63,948 nt of DNA, filler included, from Globobulimina sp. (GCA_003354225.1; 36 parts of 36 records of this genome joined end to end with filler, not necessarily neighbours in it), one strand, 5' to 3'; positions 20,568 to 33,818 are shown, counted from the first letter of the whole stretch. A program made the numbers and translations. The notes: a model not told the origin generated them from the letters alone.

Positions 20568-21262
20568 ATTTTTTTGTTTGATTTATTGTTGTAATTTTTA
20601 TTATTTTGTGATATTATTTTGTTACTTTTCTGATAATATTTTGCTTCCTTTTTGTTGTTTTTTTTGTGTGCATATTTATTGTTTGCGCAACGTTTACATC
20701 AAATATACTGTGCAAAAGTTACTATGTTGCGGTGCAAGTTACTATGTTCGCAACTTTTACATCAAATATACTGTGTGTCAGCTGCCAAACGTTTTTATTT
20801 AACCTTCCTGTTTGTAAAAGCCTCCCCCTTTTCTATACTTTGGAAAGCGTTTCTGATAAAATGTATACAACTTATAGACCAAGGGAGTTATCGTTTAGTT
20901 TTTGCAATTCACTGTGGGAAGAACTTTTGGCAGGTGACACATAGCGCATATTTGATTACTACTAAACGTTGAAAATGACACCTTGCAATAACGGGATTAA
21001 ACAAGTCCTTCTCTAACAAAACAGGCAAAATCGCGCGCAGAGACTCCAAACTGTCCACGTTTGTCTTTTCAAAGAAGCCTTAGATTTGTTTGCGGTGCAA
21101 ATCGACCGTAACAATCTGATCCACGCCAACTGTTTCAAATAATTTCACACGACTATACTACTAAAAAAATGTATGCCACAACACAATAATATGCAACAAC
21201 AAAAGTAACAAAATAATATCACAAAATAATAAAAATTACAACAATAAATCAAACAAAAAAAT
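20568..21262. repeat. Perfect 62-bp inverted repeat pair (20568-20629 and 21201-21262); the right arm reaches the contig end
   Basis: The reverse complement of 21201-21262 is identical to 20568-20629. Confidence 0.9.
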
Positions 21263-21362
21263 NNNNNNNNNNNNNNNNNNNNNNNNNNNNNNNNNNNNNN
21301 NNNNNNTTAATTAATTAANNNNNNNNNNNNNNNNNNNNNNNNNNNNNNNNNNNNNNNNNNNN

Positions 21363-21521
21363 TGCAGCATTGGCGCGGACTGTTTCATTTGCAATATTGA
21401 AAATTGGTATATTGTAACCCATTATTAATACGCCAACCAATCCATTTATTATTGAGATAAGTAACCATATGGTGAGCCATGAAGATTGTAGCGGTAAATG
21501 TAATAAAACAGTTGTCTCCAT
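21363..21521 (-). CDS. N-terminus of a probable MFS sugar transporter, 3' partial
   Basis: First TM helix ending in GVLIMGYNIPIFN, similar to the GLUT-type GYN motif. Confidence 0.45.
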
Positions 21522-21818
21522 TGTGCAGAAGTGACTTGAAAGTTTTCTTAGTTAATTATCAACAGCCATCATATTGCCGATGATGTTGGAACGATTAGCA
21601 AAGTTTTTGGGTTCTGTGAAAACCTTTCAAGTAAGTTAAATTAAGCGATATCAACTCCCAAATACGCACTATATCAGTAAAAGAAACTGATAACGTTTTT
21701 CAATTATTGAGAGAAACATTAGCCCTTAAAATATGTTGCGAATTTGCGCATAATGTAGTACTGTATATGTTAATAATTAAAATATTAATACTTATTACAT
21801 ATATCACAACAAAATAAA

Positions 21819-23042
21819 TTACAATACAATATATTCCGCTTCGGCTCCACGCATTGCTTTCTCCTCAAAATCCTCCACCTCGACAACATTTCTCTTCACC
21901 TTTACATGTTTCATGGTTTGCTGGCCAGCTTCCAATGCTTTCTTTGACAACACCGCATAATTTGGCGAACCATATCCGCTCGCTATGTTTGCACAAAACG
22001 AATTCCCAATTGTATACAGCCCAAATGCGCAGAGAATACAATACCTGGATCCCATTTGGCAAACGCTCTGAATCCCGTACTTAGACGACATCCTGTATTC
22101 GAGCCTGCAGTGCAATCATTAAACGCAGTCGGATCGGCAGCAGCAGTCTGATAAATCCATGGATTCGCAAATCCCAAATTAGCCATTCCATTCTGTGCAC
22201 GCAAATCATTGAGCAACGCAAAAATGCCGCCGACAGTGGGCGAAGAGCAAGAAGTGCCCGACACCGCAGTACTTTTGCCATTGACAATAATCTCAAAATC
22301 CACACTCTGTGCCGCAATGTCAGGGAAACCACGGCCGCTCGCATTATACACACCGGCATCCGGCAAATTCTGCTCATTGGCCAAATAATACGCGACTGCA
22401 TCTTTTTGCCAGCTTTGTGTGACGGCATAATTGCTGAACCCGCCACCTCCGCTGTTCCAGGCACTCTCACCGAGTGGGCTGTGCCCCGCAGTGCCGCCCT
22501 GCACACCGCCTACCGCAGTGACATAGGGAGACGAGGCAGGATAATCCGGCTCGAACGCCGACTTTCCAGTGCACCCTCCACCAGCACCACTGTCGCCGCT
22601 GGCAAACATCACCGTGACCCCCACAGTGCCCATTAACATGAACTGATTATTCAATTTGGCAATGTAAGCAGCACCAAAAGCACTCTCCACGCCGCCATAC
22701 GACACGCTGAATAACGGCGGTCTGCTCTTACTGTCCAACACATTCTGCGTCCATTCCATCATTGCATCCAAGAAATTGAGGCCTTTGGTCCACCAAACTT
22801 GCATAGGCACTGCCTGCCCCATACTGGACATATATTGCACATCCAACTCGGCTTCTAAATGGTGTCCGGAAGGCTCGTCCGCCGGCACATTGGTCACGGT
22901 GCACGGCGCGATATTGTATTTGGTCCACATCGCTTTGCAATCTGCAATGTCATAATATTGCGTACGGAAAGAGGCAACGCCTTGCGAGTTATTGTGAGCT
23001 GAACCTTTAGCACCGCCTAAGTTATATAATGCGCGCAATTTG
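21819..23042 (-). CDS. Sedolisin (peptidase S53) / tripeptidyl-peptidase I-like; predicted intron 21983-22044; 5' partial
   Basis: Catalytic motifs EAELD, FASGDSG and SGTSCSSP, plus GRGFPDIAA. Splicing restores WDPASGYGSPNY. Confidence 0.95.
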
Positions 23043-23344
23043 NNNNNNNNNNNNNNNNNNNNNNNNNNNNNNNNNNNNNNNNNNNNTTAATTAATTAANN
23101 NNNNNNNNNNNNNNNNNNNNNNNNNNNNNNNNNNNNNNNNNNTTTAATTTAAAGATTATTTAAGTGACTGACTGAAAGTGTTTTTTGTTTGTTTGTGATT
23201 TTGGATTCTCTCTTTCTTTTTCGTTGCCTAAATGTCGTAAGCAAGAAAAAGAACAAATCTCTGCAACAAATAGTTTACCTAAAATCGTATTTGACATTAA
23301 AAGTCAGACAAATATTTAAGATAATATAGGGATAACTAAGCAGA

Positions 23345-24530
23345 ATGGCTTTGAGTTTAATTGGTTCCATATCGAAGGAGAAGGCCACGGCGATGCAAAA
23401 AGGTCTGAAAATTAGAGATTTGAATGATTCGTTAAATTCGACACTTTTATTATTTCCGGGTTATGCATGGAATGTAGCATTTAATAAATCGGCGAATAGA
23501 AATATGAATACCATCACAAATGTATGATTGGTATCGAAGGTGAATGCGTTACGGAAATATTTAGGGTATTATTTACATCGTTTGATAAGAATAAATTGAG
23601 TGAGCCGACTCGCAAACAAAAATTAGCCACTTTAATGACCGTATTATTCAAAGAAGTGTTAAGTTGTTTGGAGTTTAATGTGTTGTTAACATTAAGAGAT
23701 TTATGGGATACGTTGTATAAGAAAATAGCGATAAATTTGAGCATTGATGAAAATGATTTGACTTTCAGGGACGTGGACTATTCCAGGTTGGAGGAACATG
23801 GTTTGTGAGTGAAGAGGTGGAGACTGTTATTGAATTACGGCGGAATTTTTCGAAGGTAATGGAATCGTTGGCGTTGGGCTTGAATTCGAAGGATAAGTTC
23901 AAAGGAAAAGCATCGGAATTGAAGCCAGTGGATATTTATACGTTATTCACACTGTCTGAATTGTCGGGTTTTGCGGCGGCAGCATTTCAGGCGTTTCAAG
24001 GTGGGGTCGCTTCGCAGTTTGATGCGTTCAATAAGCCAAATCCGAGAGCTTCAGAGGAAGAAGCATCGGATACACCCGTCAGAATAAGAAAAATAGTCAG
24101 AAGTGGTGGAGGTGGAGAGGTGAAAAGGGATGGTGATGATGGTGATGTTGATGAGGTTACGAGGTCGGAGATTGACGATATTTTGAAAGACCAGGAATTG
24201 GATCAAGATAATTCGGATACGTTAAAATCGTACATCGATAAACTGGAGAAACAAATTAGAGACAGCAAAGCGCAGCAATATCAAATGAATACCATGGCGG
24301 ATATACAAACTTATGCTAATAATCGGGGATTAGGCAACAGAGATAATAGATACAAGCCGTCGTTAGATGATATCGAACATCTTAAAAAAGTCTTTAACCC
24401 GAAAGGTTCGATGGGTGCGGTGAATGAATTGATGCTGGAAAGTACCAGTAATATGTGGGATATATTGAGAAAACCGCATTTGACGCCGGTTGATACGCGG
24501 AATGCGATGATACACATTGCAACGAGTATG
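23345..24530 (+). pseudogene. Three ORFs chained by 4-nt overlaps (ATGA at 23524-23527, GTGA at 23805-23808); probably one frameshifted gene of unknown function
   Basis: Coding-like composition runs continuously across two -1 frame changes. After about 24530 the sequence becomes intron/UTR-like. Confidence 0.4.
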
Positions 24531-24988
24531 TATCATATACCCTTTTTTAGTTTATATATATTTTTGTTTATTTTTAAAAGTAAGTTTTTCTTTTTTAAAA
24601 CACTTTCCCTGTCCAACAATCAAAAAACTGTGTTTCCAATGCGAGCGTGCATTGTGTTTGTTGGGTCATATTGTTTTAAGTTTTATGAAGATGGGAGGTG
24701 TTACATAATAAACTTTGTTAAAACGCCACAAAATAAGTTACACCACATATGGATCTGTATGCACATAAGTTTAAAAAAAGTGCTGTTTAAGTTTTATTTT
24801 TATTATTTTAAAATTGATTGGNNNNNNNNNNNNNNNNNNNNNNNNNNNNNNNNNNNNNNNNNNNNTTAATTAATTAANNNNNNNNNNNNNNNNNNNNNNN
24901 NNNNNNNNNNNNNNNNNNNNNATAATATCTAAAAACCTTATAATCCAAAAACAAAAAAAAAGAAATCAAAAAATACTGTAACCATATA

Positions 24989-26600
24989 ATGGCAAGTCAA
25001 TTGCGTCACCCTTTCTTCCGCACACCGTGTGATATCAACATCAAAGGATCACGCTACAAAATCGAACGCAAACTAGACAACGGTAGTTTTGGTCAAGTTT
25101 ATATTTCACACAAATTACACGACAAAAATGACGTCTTCGCAATCAAAATCGTATGTTGCGCCTACTTTGTTTATCTCTCTATTCCAACATAAAAAAATGC
25201 TTAGATGAGCATTGAAAAAAAGAGGAGGTCCCAACAAAAACTCAAAATTAGACAAGAGATGGACCTTCATTCCAAAATCAGTAATATCGGAATTGTAAAA
25301 GTATTCGCTTTCGAGGAACATATAAAAATAAGAGAGAAATACTATGCCTGTATGGTGATGGAATACTGCGAAGGATCGCATTTCAACCAATACCTACGGT
25401 GTCATCCTAGCGATCGATTGACCGAAATTGAGTCTTTTTATTTTTTTAAACAAATAATTGCTTCATTGGAATGTTTACACTCTAAATACAACATAATTCA
25501 CCGTGACATAAAGCCGCAAAACTTATTGCTATCCAACCGCCAGAACTCCCTTCCAATATTGGTTAAGTTTTATGTCATAATCATATACAAAATATACACA
25601 CAATGCACGTGCACAGAAGTTGTGTGATTTCGGATTGGCCAAACAATTATCACCACAGATCTCGGTAACCGACACACTGTGCGGTACTCCGAATTACGTG
25701 GCACCCGAAATTGTGCGACGCGAAGGGCACAGTTATAGCGCTGATATATGGTCGGCGGGAATTGTTTTGTATATCATGTTGGTGAAACATCATAGGCCAC
25801 CATTTGAGACTGGAGATCTCCATAAAACAATGGCTAAAGTGAGGAATTGTAATGTTTTAATACCAAAATATTTAACAGAAGAATGTCAATCATTTCTATC
25901 GCTTATCTTTATTAAAAACGGATGCGAGCGGATTAAAATAGAACCATTAAAACAACACATTTGGTACACACAGAATAAGCAGAAATTAAGTGCGCTTTTG
26001 AAAGGAGGATTAAATCCCATAAAAACTGCAAATTTGAGAGATTATAAGAAACATTTTAAAAATATGCGATATATTTACGAAATGGACAATGGATCGCCTA
26101 AAATTTGTTGGGGCGGTAAACTTAATGATGATTATTCTTTGGAAGTGAGGAAAAACGGACAATTGAAAGTTATCTTTGCCGGAATAAAAACAAAAACATA
26201 TGATATAAATACAATTCCTGTCGGTTTTTATGAGCATTATACATTGTTGCACCAATTGGTGATGATTCACGCTCGAAATACACCGTTGATTGCGATTTCT
26301 GTGCATAATGAAAGTGATGGATTTAATAAATTTAACACAAATCATTATGCGAGTTTAGTTCAGTCGCAACATATTGATTATTATCGTGTTGATAAAAAAA
26401 ATAAAAAAACACAAATATTTATTCAATTTAATAAATCTATAAATGAATATATTGGATATTATCAAAACAAAACATTCAATGTATTACATACAGCATTCCA
26501 TAAAAACGATATCTCACTGTTTCATACACTAAAAATGGAATTGCTCGGCCAATTAACATCAAAATATATGGATAAAAGAGACAAGAAGGTGCAATATCCA
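24989..26600 (+). CDS. Polo-like Ser/Thr kinase, possibly PLK4-like; predicted introns 25151-25204 and 25562-25616; 3' partial
   Basis: GSFGQV, FAIK, HRDIKPQN, KLCDFG, TLCGTPNYVAPE, GHSYSADIWS and PPFET (PLK-type motifs). Both introns are phase 0 and in frame. Confidence 0.88.
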
Positions 26601-27033
26601 NNNNNNNNNNNNNNNNNNNNNNNNNNNNNNNNNNNNNNNNNNNNTTAATTAATTAANNNNNNNNNNNNNNNNNNNNNNNNNNNNNNNNNNNNNNNNNNNN
26701 GTGATACAACAAAAACATTTGTGTCCATGTTTTTGTTATACACAAATGTACAAATGTTGGATAAATGTCGTGTGACGTATTTAATTTAAATTAGAGCGCA
26801 TAGCAAGCTCTACCTTTGAAAAAAAAAATGAATATACATACAAGTTAAAATTAACAAACAAAAAATCAGTTTTGAAAACAAAACACACAATTTATAAAAC
26901 ACAACAAAACAATACAAAACATGATAAAAGTCATAAAACACGACATAAAACGAAGGTTGGCGAACCAACTTATGTTATATACTTTGTACATAGTATAAAT
27001 TATATATGTTAATAATAAGACACTAATTTCAAT

Positions 27034-28205
27034 TCACTGCATAGGATCCATCTCAAGTTCCATATCTTCTTCACTTTCAACCCTAAAAACGTTTTCTTTA
27101 TCATCCATTACATGTTTTGGTATACAGCATAAATAACATAATTTAGCACAGCATGAAAAACATTTATTGTGGCATGGCGAAAATATCACATTATAGTATT
27201 TTGCAGAAAACGTAAATGATAAATATATGCTCGCAAAATTCGTAATTACATCAAATAAAAAAACATAGGATGGTAAACCGAGTGAAAACTTTAAAAATGA
27301 AACATAATTTGTAGATATTGCAACAATCATAAGGATTACAGTTTTAATCGATATCTCCAAAAAAAAAGATTGTTGTTTAACATTATCATTAATAGCCGCT
27401 GTGCGAGTAACTGTAGTTTCTGGTCGCATTATTGGCAAATGCGCAGAAATAGAGTCATGATCGTGACAATACATCGATAATCTCAATATTTTGGAGACAA
27501 ACAACCGTATAATAGTTATTGTGTAAATAACTTCTGTAATGGAATAAAATATGATGCTACAGAGCTGAATGTTTATTGTGACGGCATCTTTTAAATCATG
27601 AGCCAAATCAGCACAATCTTCAAAATTATTAATCATTGACCTGTCATTATCTGAATTAACGACGTAAAACCAAGCTGTGCTGTTACCGAAACCCATGGCC
27701 AATGCTAATAAACATATAGGAATTGTAAAAATAACTGCCATTGTTAGTAATTTAGAGCGCGAGACAGCAAATAATGAGCTGTTGAATACTTGGTAAATCC
27801 TGTGTTAATATGTACATTTATATTTTTTGCGTGGAAACGTTTGGCGACAAACCTGATGAACCAAAACCAATACATTGTGATTTTACCAAAGAAAAAGAAC
27901 CAATATTGATGGTATAGGGCGAGACACCATGGATCATAAAATGAATTGTTTGCTTTTGCAAATAAATACCAATATATCGATAATACGGTGCATTGCATTG
28001 AATGTAATACGAAAAATAATAAAGAAAACATTGCAATTAAAGAATGTGGTGGTAACCTCCAAAATTTTAATCCGGCGGTGCTGATACAAGCATTGTTTAC
28101 ATAATGAATAAACATAAGAATTAAACATATTGTACATATTGTTGACAATATTAATGAAAATAAACCATATTCTTCAAATGGTTTGAATAAGTATACAGAT
28201 GTCAT
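27034..28205 (-). CDS. Divergent 7-transmembrane (GPCR-like) protein; predicted intron 27800-27852
   Basis: About 7 hydrophobic segments. Splicing gives FIRIYQVFNSSLFAVS. Late DVITNFASIYLSF motif and Cys-rich tail. Confidence 0.7.
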
Positions 28206-28967
28206 TTGTTTGTGAGTAATTTGACACTTTGTCGAAAATATGTCGAAAATATGTCTGAAATAAGGAATGTAGGTATTTAATGATGGTAATGTCGCATGAT
28301 TTCGCTCCAAGGTGTTTTCACTGTTTTGTTCGAACATGTGTGGACTATTTTCTATTTAAATCATGAAACAATAATAGATNNNNNNNNNNNNNNNNNNNNN
28401 NNNNNNNNNNNNNNNNNNNNNNNTTAATTAATTAANNNNNNNNNNNNNNNNNNNNNNNNNNNNNNNNNNNNNNNNNNNNCTGATTTTATGGGTTATTGTT
28501 CATTTATATTTTATTATTATATCAGTAATATATTATAATAAAGAAACAAAAAAAATTTATCAAACAAAAGCTGAAATTGATGGCGATGATATTTTTGACA
28601 GTAAAAAACGTTATGCGATCAAAAAAATATCCGATAATCCAAAAATAAAGAAATTGGTTTGGGAAAAAAATGAAGATAAACATATATTTGCTTCATTCAC
28701 CAAAATATCTCACGAATACATCAAACATTAAAAGTTCTCCATATTTGTAGATTGTGTTCTGTTTTCTCTTCCCTTCGTTTAATTTAATCTGTTTTTAATT
28801 GGTGATCGGATTTAGAGATTTGCCGTCTAGTAACTAGTTAAAAAACAGGCTTGAAAGCGGTGTCTAGAATCTCCAGATTATAATCTCCAGATTATATTAA
28901 TGTTTGTTGGTAAAGACTTAAATAAATTGATATATCATAAATTGAATGTAAAATAGGTATTATGTCA

Positions 28968-30092
28968 TTAACTTTTCTTTTGTGGACAGCGCATAATCCA
29001 GTGATGTCCGGTCATTTTGCAAATAAAACACGTATAATTTCTGGGTGTTGTTGAATAAATATCTTTTGATTTCTCCTCAACAGCATCAAAAAAGGAATCT
29101 TTATCTGGTTCTTCTTGATCAGATTCAGAATGTCTAAAAAAACATGTATTTCCACGATGACAGCCTTCAAAAGCGAAATATAAACATTTCCTCGTAACAT
29201 ATGGATTGTTATGCGACCAATTACACGAATCACCATTTTTGCAGCCAGCTGCTGAGCCATAATATTTGCATTTTTGCCTTCTTTGCATTTTAAAGCCTGT
29301 GATATCCTCAATTAATTTAACTATATCATATTCAAAAAAATGCTCCAAAATCAATTTTATTCCACGCTGTGAGATATGATCGTTTTCTTTGTGTATTTGA
29401 TGCCATTTTAATCGTAATTTTTCAAATAAAGAATTTTGACTCTTTTTCAGTGGTTTGGACCAATAAATCTTTCCATTCATTCTTTCTGTATTGAGATCAA
29501 ACCATTCCTTCTCTAAACTGCACATTTTATCAATATTGAGGCCAAAATAAGGAGTAAATGATAAAAGTGTTGATTTCAAATCTTTGTTGAGCGGGATTTT
29601 GGGTAATAACATATTTTGAAATTCATCTATTATAAAATTGCGCAGTTCTTGTTTATGCCGATTTAGATTTTGCTTCAAACTCTCTTCAAAATGATTGATA
29701 CATTCACCATTTTGATAATCATTACATCCGTATTTCCATGAATTATAAAGATCGCCGAGTCGGGTTCGATCATCATAAATAAATGAAAATTTGAATGGAT
29801 ATTCCTGAGATATTTCCTTGATCCAATCAACAATTTCATTTCGAGAGCTGTTGGCTTCTTCTAATGATAAAGTTTGCATCCGGTATTTCAGAATTACTGT
29901 TTCATTTTGGTCGGCAACAATCTTTTCATCCAATGAAACAGAATGATAACATTTATGCTCAACATAGGGAATATCATTTAGTGATCTTGCATAAGACTCA
30001 AATTTTTCAATATCATTATCCGAATTTGATTCTGAGGTTACTTTTGTTCTGATTTTTTGAAATATTTGATTTTTTGAAATATTATATTTCAT
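28968..30092 (-). CDS. Protein with two CCCH zinc fingers and a C-terminal CCHC zinc knuckle (probable RNA binding)
   Basis: CKYY..GCKNGDSCNWSH, CLYF..GCHRGNTCFFRH and CFICKMTGHHWIMRC. Confidence 0.85.
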   Translation of the reverse strand: MKYNISKNQIFQKIRTKVTSESNSDNDIEKFESYARSLNDIPYVEHKCYHSVSLDEKIVADQNETVILKYRMQTLSLEEANSSRNEIVDWIKEISQEYPFKFSFIYDDRTRLGDLYNSWKYGCNDYQNGECINHFEESLKQNLNRHKQELRNFIIDEFQNMLLPKIPLNKDLKSTLLSFTPYFGLNIDKMCSLEKEWFDLNTERMNGKIYWSKPLKKSQNSLFEKLRLKWHQIHKENDHISQRGIKLILEHFFEYDIVKLIEDITGFKMQRRQKCKYYGSAAGCKNGDSCNWSHNNPYVTRKCLYFAFEGCHRGNTCFFRHSESDQEEPDKDSFFDAVEEKSKDIYSTTPRNYTCFICKMTGHHWIMRCPQKKS

Positions 30093-31098
30093 AAAAGCAT
30101 TTTTTTGAAATAAAGTTGTGGTTTTTTGAAATATTAATATTTCAAAAATTTGTTTTTTNNNNNNNNNNNNNNNNNNNNNNNNNNNNNNNNNNNNNNNNNN
30201 NNTTAATTAATTAANNNNNNNNNNNNNNNNNNNNNNNNNNNNNNNNNNNNNNNNNNNNTTTGTAAAAATTGTGTTTGTGGCTCTTATATTCTAAATTACT
30301 ATTAATAGCACAGTATATTCATTTATTTTTTTATTAATTAATATTGAATTTTGTTTTTTTTTTGATAATTTGCATCAAGATATTTCAATTTTTTCTCCCA
30401 AAGTATTTTTAGTTTTTCTATTTGCTTCTGATCCATTCATATTAACGATATAATCCATTGGGTCATTTGGTTCAATTATTAATTTGTTCTGACTTTGTTC
30501 TGGATTTGCAAAAAAACTGACTTTCATCGCACTCTAATGGTGTCTTTTTAACTCTTTACTTTGGTGTTGCATTCAACGGTGATTCGACTTCGATTGCTTT
30601 CCGTCTCTGTCCTTCAAAATTTAGATTCTGCACTAGTTTGAAAGTATTCTTCTAGTTTGGACTGCACACAGTCACACACCAACACTACGTAGTTTGGACT
30701 AACTGAATCGAGCGGAATAGCTTAAAATGTCGAAATAAAAACACGAGTAATTAGAAAGTAGTATGAATAATAACAATGAAACATACATAAATAATACAAT
30801 GAAACAATACATAAATAATAACAATGAGGTTATTTAATTTTTTCAATGTAAGCTACGTATTGTAAAAAAGATGTAAACAAATTTAAAAAATGATAGTAAC
30901 AGTTTGCTGACTTCCAAATAACAATTCCTTCAAATTTGTTGCTACGGTTTGCTGAATATATATACACAAAACACAAACAATAGACACAAAATTTGCATGC
31001 ACGGCACATCTTTTCTTTATCAATACGTTAGTTATTACACTCAAATAATTAATAAAATAAAGATAATATATATACAAAGAGAGAAATTAATATTTCTG

Positions 31099-31836
31099 CT
31101 AACATGTAGTATCAGAATAGGATGATGTCGATGTCGATGAATAATCAAAATCAATATCAATATCCTGATAATTACAAAATGTATTTGTGTTTAACAAACT
31201 CAATATATGTTTAAATTGGAATATCATGTCATTTATGGATGGATTTGGTTTTAATCGAACACGATTCAGAATGCGATTTGCGATATGTTTCGATGCGTAA
31301 TAACTTGCTTTATATTCACATAAAGAATCACCGATTGAGGTTATACGATTTTCTTCACTCTGTTTCATATTAAAATATTTGGCGAAATAATCTCGGAATA
31401 CAATTTCTTTCCATTTATAATGATTATGCGGGTGTTTTGAGGTTATATTTGGCGTCGAAGCTGAGATGGTCTCAATTTTATGAGTTTTCAATAACATTTG
31501 AAATCTCATAAATGTATCTTGTACAATGTCGACATTTAAGCATTTATTAATCCATTTTGGTGAGGCATTGGTAACAATAATTATATTTTTTGAGCCGTAT
31601 AATTTTATCATTTTCGTAAATATTTTACAAATATAATCGACTAAAATAGTTAATTTGGAGATAAATTTTTTGTCTTTTATATCTTGACGCGTTCTAAATG
31701 AGTAGGTTGGAAATATGGTGTCATCCCAATCCCAAATAATTAAGTGTTTACGGAGAACGCTTTGTTTCATTATCGGTGGGTTGCTGTTGTCATTATTCTG
31801 TGATTTTGAACATGAACCGTCGAGTAAACCATCCAT
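31099..31836 (-). CDS. HAD-superfamily-like protein (DWDDT type)
   Basis: Motif I IIWDWDDTIFPT, motif II IVTNA, WK, and motif IV SIGDSLCE. Confidence 0.8.
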   Translation of the reverse strand: MDGLLDGSCSKSQNNDNSNPPIMKQSVLRKHLIIWDWDDTIFPTYSFRTRQDIKDKKFISKLTILVDYICKIFTKMIKLYGSKNIIIVTNASPKWINKCLNVDIVQDTFMRFQMLLKTHKIETISASTPNITSKHPHNHYKWKEIVFRDYFAKYFNMKQSEENRITSIGDSLCEYKASYYASKHIANRILNRVRLKPNPSINDMIFQFKHILSLLNTNTFCNYQDIDIDFDYSSTSTSSYSDTTC

Positions 31837-32143
31837 TTTGCGATTCTGTTGCCTATTTTGCGTGTTCGACTAAGGAATAGATGCAAAGCTAAAAAGTGTG
31901 GGAAGAGAGAAAGTTTTTTTTATTAAGAAAAGAAGTANNNNNNNNNNNNNNNNNNNNNNNNNNNNNNNNNNNNNNNNNNNNTTAATTAATTAANNNNNNN
32001 NNNNNNNNNNNNNNNNNNNNNNNNNNNNNNNNNNNNNACTTCTTTTTTGATCCTGTTTCTGCCGTCATCTGTCAATTCGAAGGAATCCAGGAGCAAGTGC
32101 CCTTTCTTCCAGAGGTTTTCAAGTATCTGCTCCCAGCCATCGA

Positions 32144-33604
32144 ATCACTGCCCGACGTTGCTGGGAGCAGGGGTATGTAGTTTCCGCGGGTATTGGAGGT
32201 GTACAACCTCCTCTATAAAATTATTTGTATGCGTATTGTTTTGATATCATACCTAATGCAGACATTCTATGATCTGAATCATGTTTACAATCAAAACAGT
32301 TGAGTTGATATGCTATAATAAAATGTTGAAACCCTTCCAATATCGGATAATCCCACTTATCGCTGGCAATTAATGGTCTTTTAAAAATAAATGCAACCGA
32401 ATTATCAATAAATTGACCTGAAAAATCGAATACATCATCACTTCCGTCGTCCCAATTTGTATCTGGTTGTGGGAACCATGCTGAGCTGTAACTATCCATT
32501 GCAAAAAATATGCCTCCACCGCTTCTATTGGAATCACGCTCAAAGTTTACTTTTATAATATCTTGTCCGTGCATATATTGTGCCTCACCAAAGCCAATAC
32601 CAACCCAACCAGATACTGCTGCGTCAATTCTTAATGTAATTTCAAATCGAATATAATCATCCACGATTTCCCATGAAAGTTTAAAAGTTTCTTCGAAAAA
32701 TGAGAGGTATGCTGCACACGCACCTTATTATGTTGTGTGTATTATTATTATTGACCATTGATTGCTGTACAGATGGATCAGATTCATAGATTAATCTGCT
32801 ATAATATTTATATTATTTCGTATACAAAAGAAGTTAGCAACATGTACTTGTTTTAGTGTTGTTAATCGCTCCGATGTGCGAGCAGTGAAACACAGAAACA
32901 GTGAAAGTATTTAACATACTGAGTGTTGATTGAGTAGAATTAGAGATAAATTGACCTGGCGACTCAGTTGGTTGCGTGGCTGGATCCATAGTACCAATTG
33001 TATATAATAATGTACCTTTGTAACAATTGTACATTTCCATTATTCGTTTTCGTGTTTTTTAAGAATAATTAACAGAGTGTGTAATTATATATATATCTTA
33101 ACTGATAGCTCGACTTGCAGCCATATGATTAAATTCTTCGGATAACCCAATTGCAACAATAACATCTGTTTCTGAAGTGTTCGAAAATATGTTAGGAAAA
33201 TTATATAATGCGGAAGGATGTTCTGTTTTTCTTGTTATCAGTGCACAAATTGTATCTGTATCTTCTGAGGTGACTTCAAGAACAGTTATGGTTGTTGGAG
33301 CTACCGTGCCGGCTGGGTTTGAAAGCACTGAATTGCCTAATGTTCTTTCTTCCAATTTTAATGAATTTTCAATTGTTGGGCTGGCAATAATGGCATAGGC
33401 ACCATACATTCTTATTGCATCAAATCCGATACCAAACCATTTTCCAGTGGGACCACAAATTTCAAGGGTAGTATCGGCTCCTACCACTTTTACTGTCACT
33501 GATACGCCCGGGCTATACGTTCCGTGTGCAAATCCATTAGTTTGTGCTTTGGTAATTATAATAACGATAATACTTAAAAATACTATTATGTACATTGCTA
33601 ACAT
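32144..33604 (-). CDS. Secreted multi-exon DOMON-domain protein (two DOMON domains); exon structure only partly resolved
   Basis: Signal peptide. WFGIGFDA..M.GAYAII and GWVGIGFG..M.GQDII..FIFKRPL are DOMON patterns. Predicted intron 33016-33102. Confidence 0.75.
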
Positions 33605-33818
33605 TTGCTGCTTTTGTCTCAGGTTTGAAAACCGTAAAAACTTTGATTTGCATCCGAAGTTACTTGACCTGTTACCTAGTGAACAATAATGGACGCAAAC
33701 AATGAACAGACTGTAGNNNNNNNNNNNNNNNNNNNNNNNNNNNNNNNNNNNNNNNNNNNNTTAATTAATTAANNNNNNNNNNNNNNNNNNNNNNNNNNNN
33801 NNNNNNNNNNNNNNNNTT

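Noticed and set aside
20310..20972. Plus-strand Phe/Leu/Cys-rich ORFs
   Set aside because: Translations of T-rich low-complexity non-coding sequence.
22081..22940. Alternative-frame ORFs within the sedolisin gene
   Set aside because: By-products of GC-rich coding sequence. The S53 frame explains the region.
30766..30828. Short tandem repeats (AATAACAATGAAACA-type here; ACACTGCACAAA near 42100; AATCTCCAGATTAT near 28870)
   Set aside because: Ordinary slippage duplications in intergenic DNA with no further structure.
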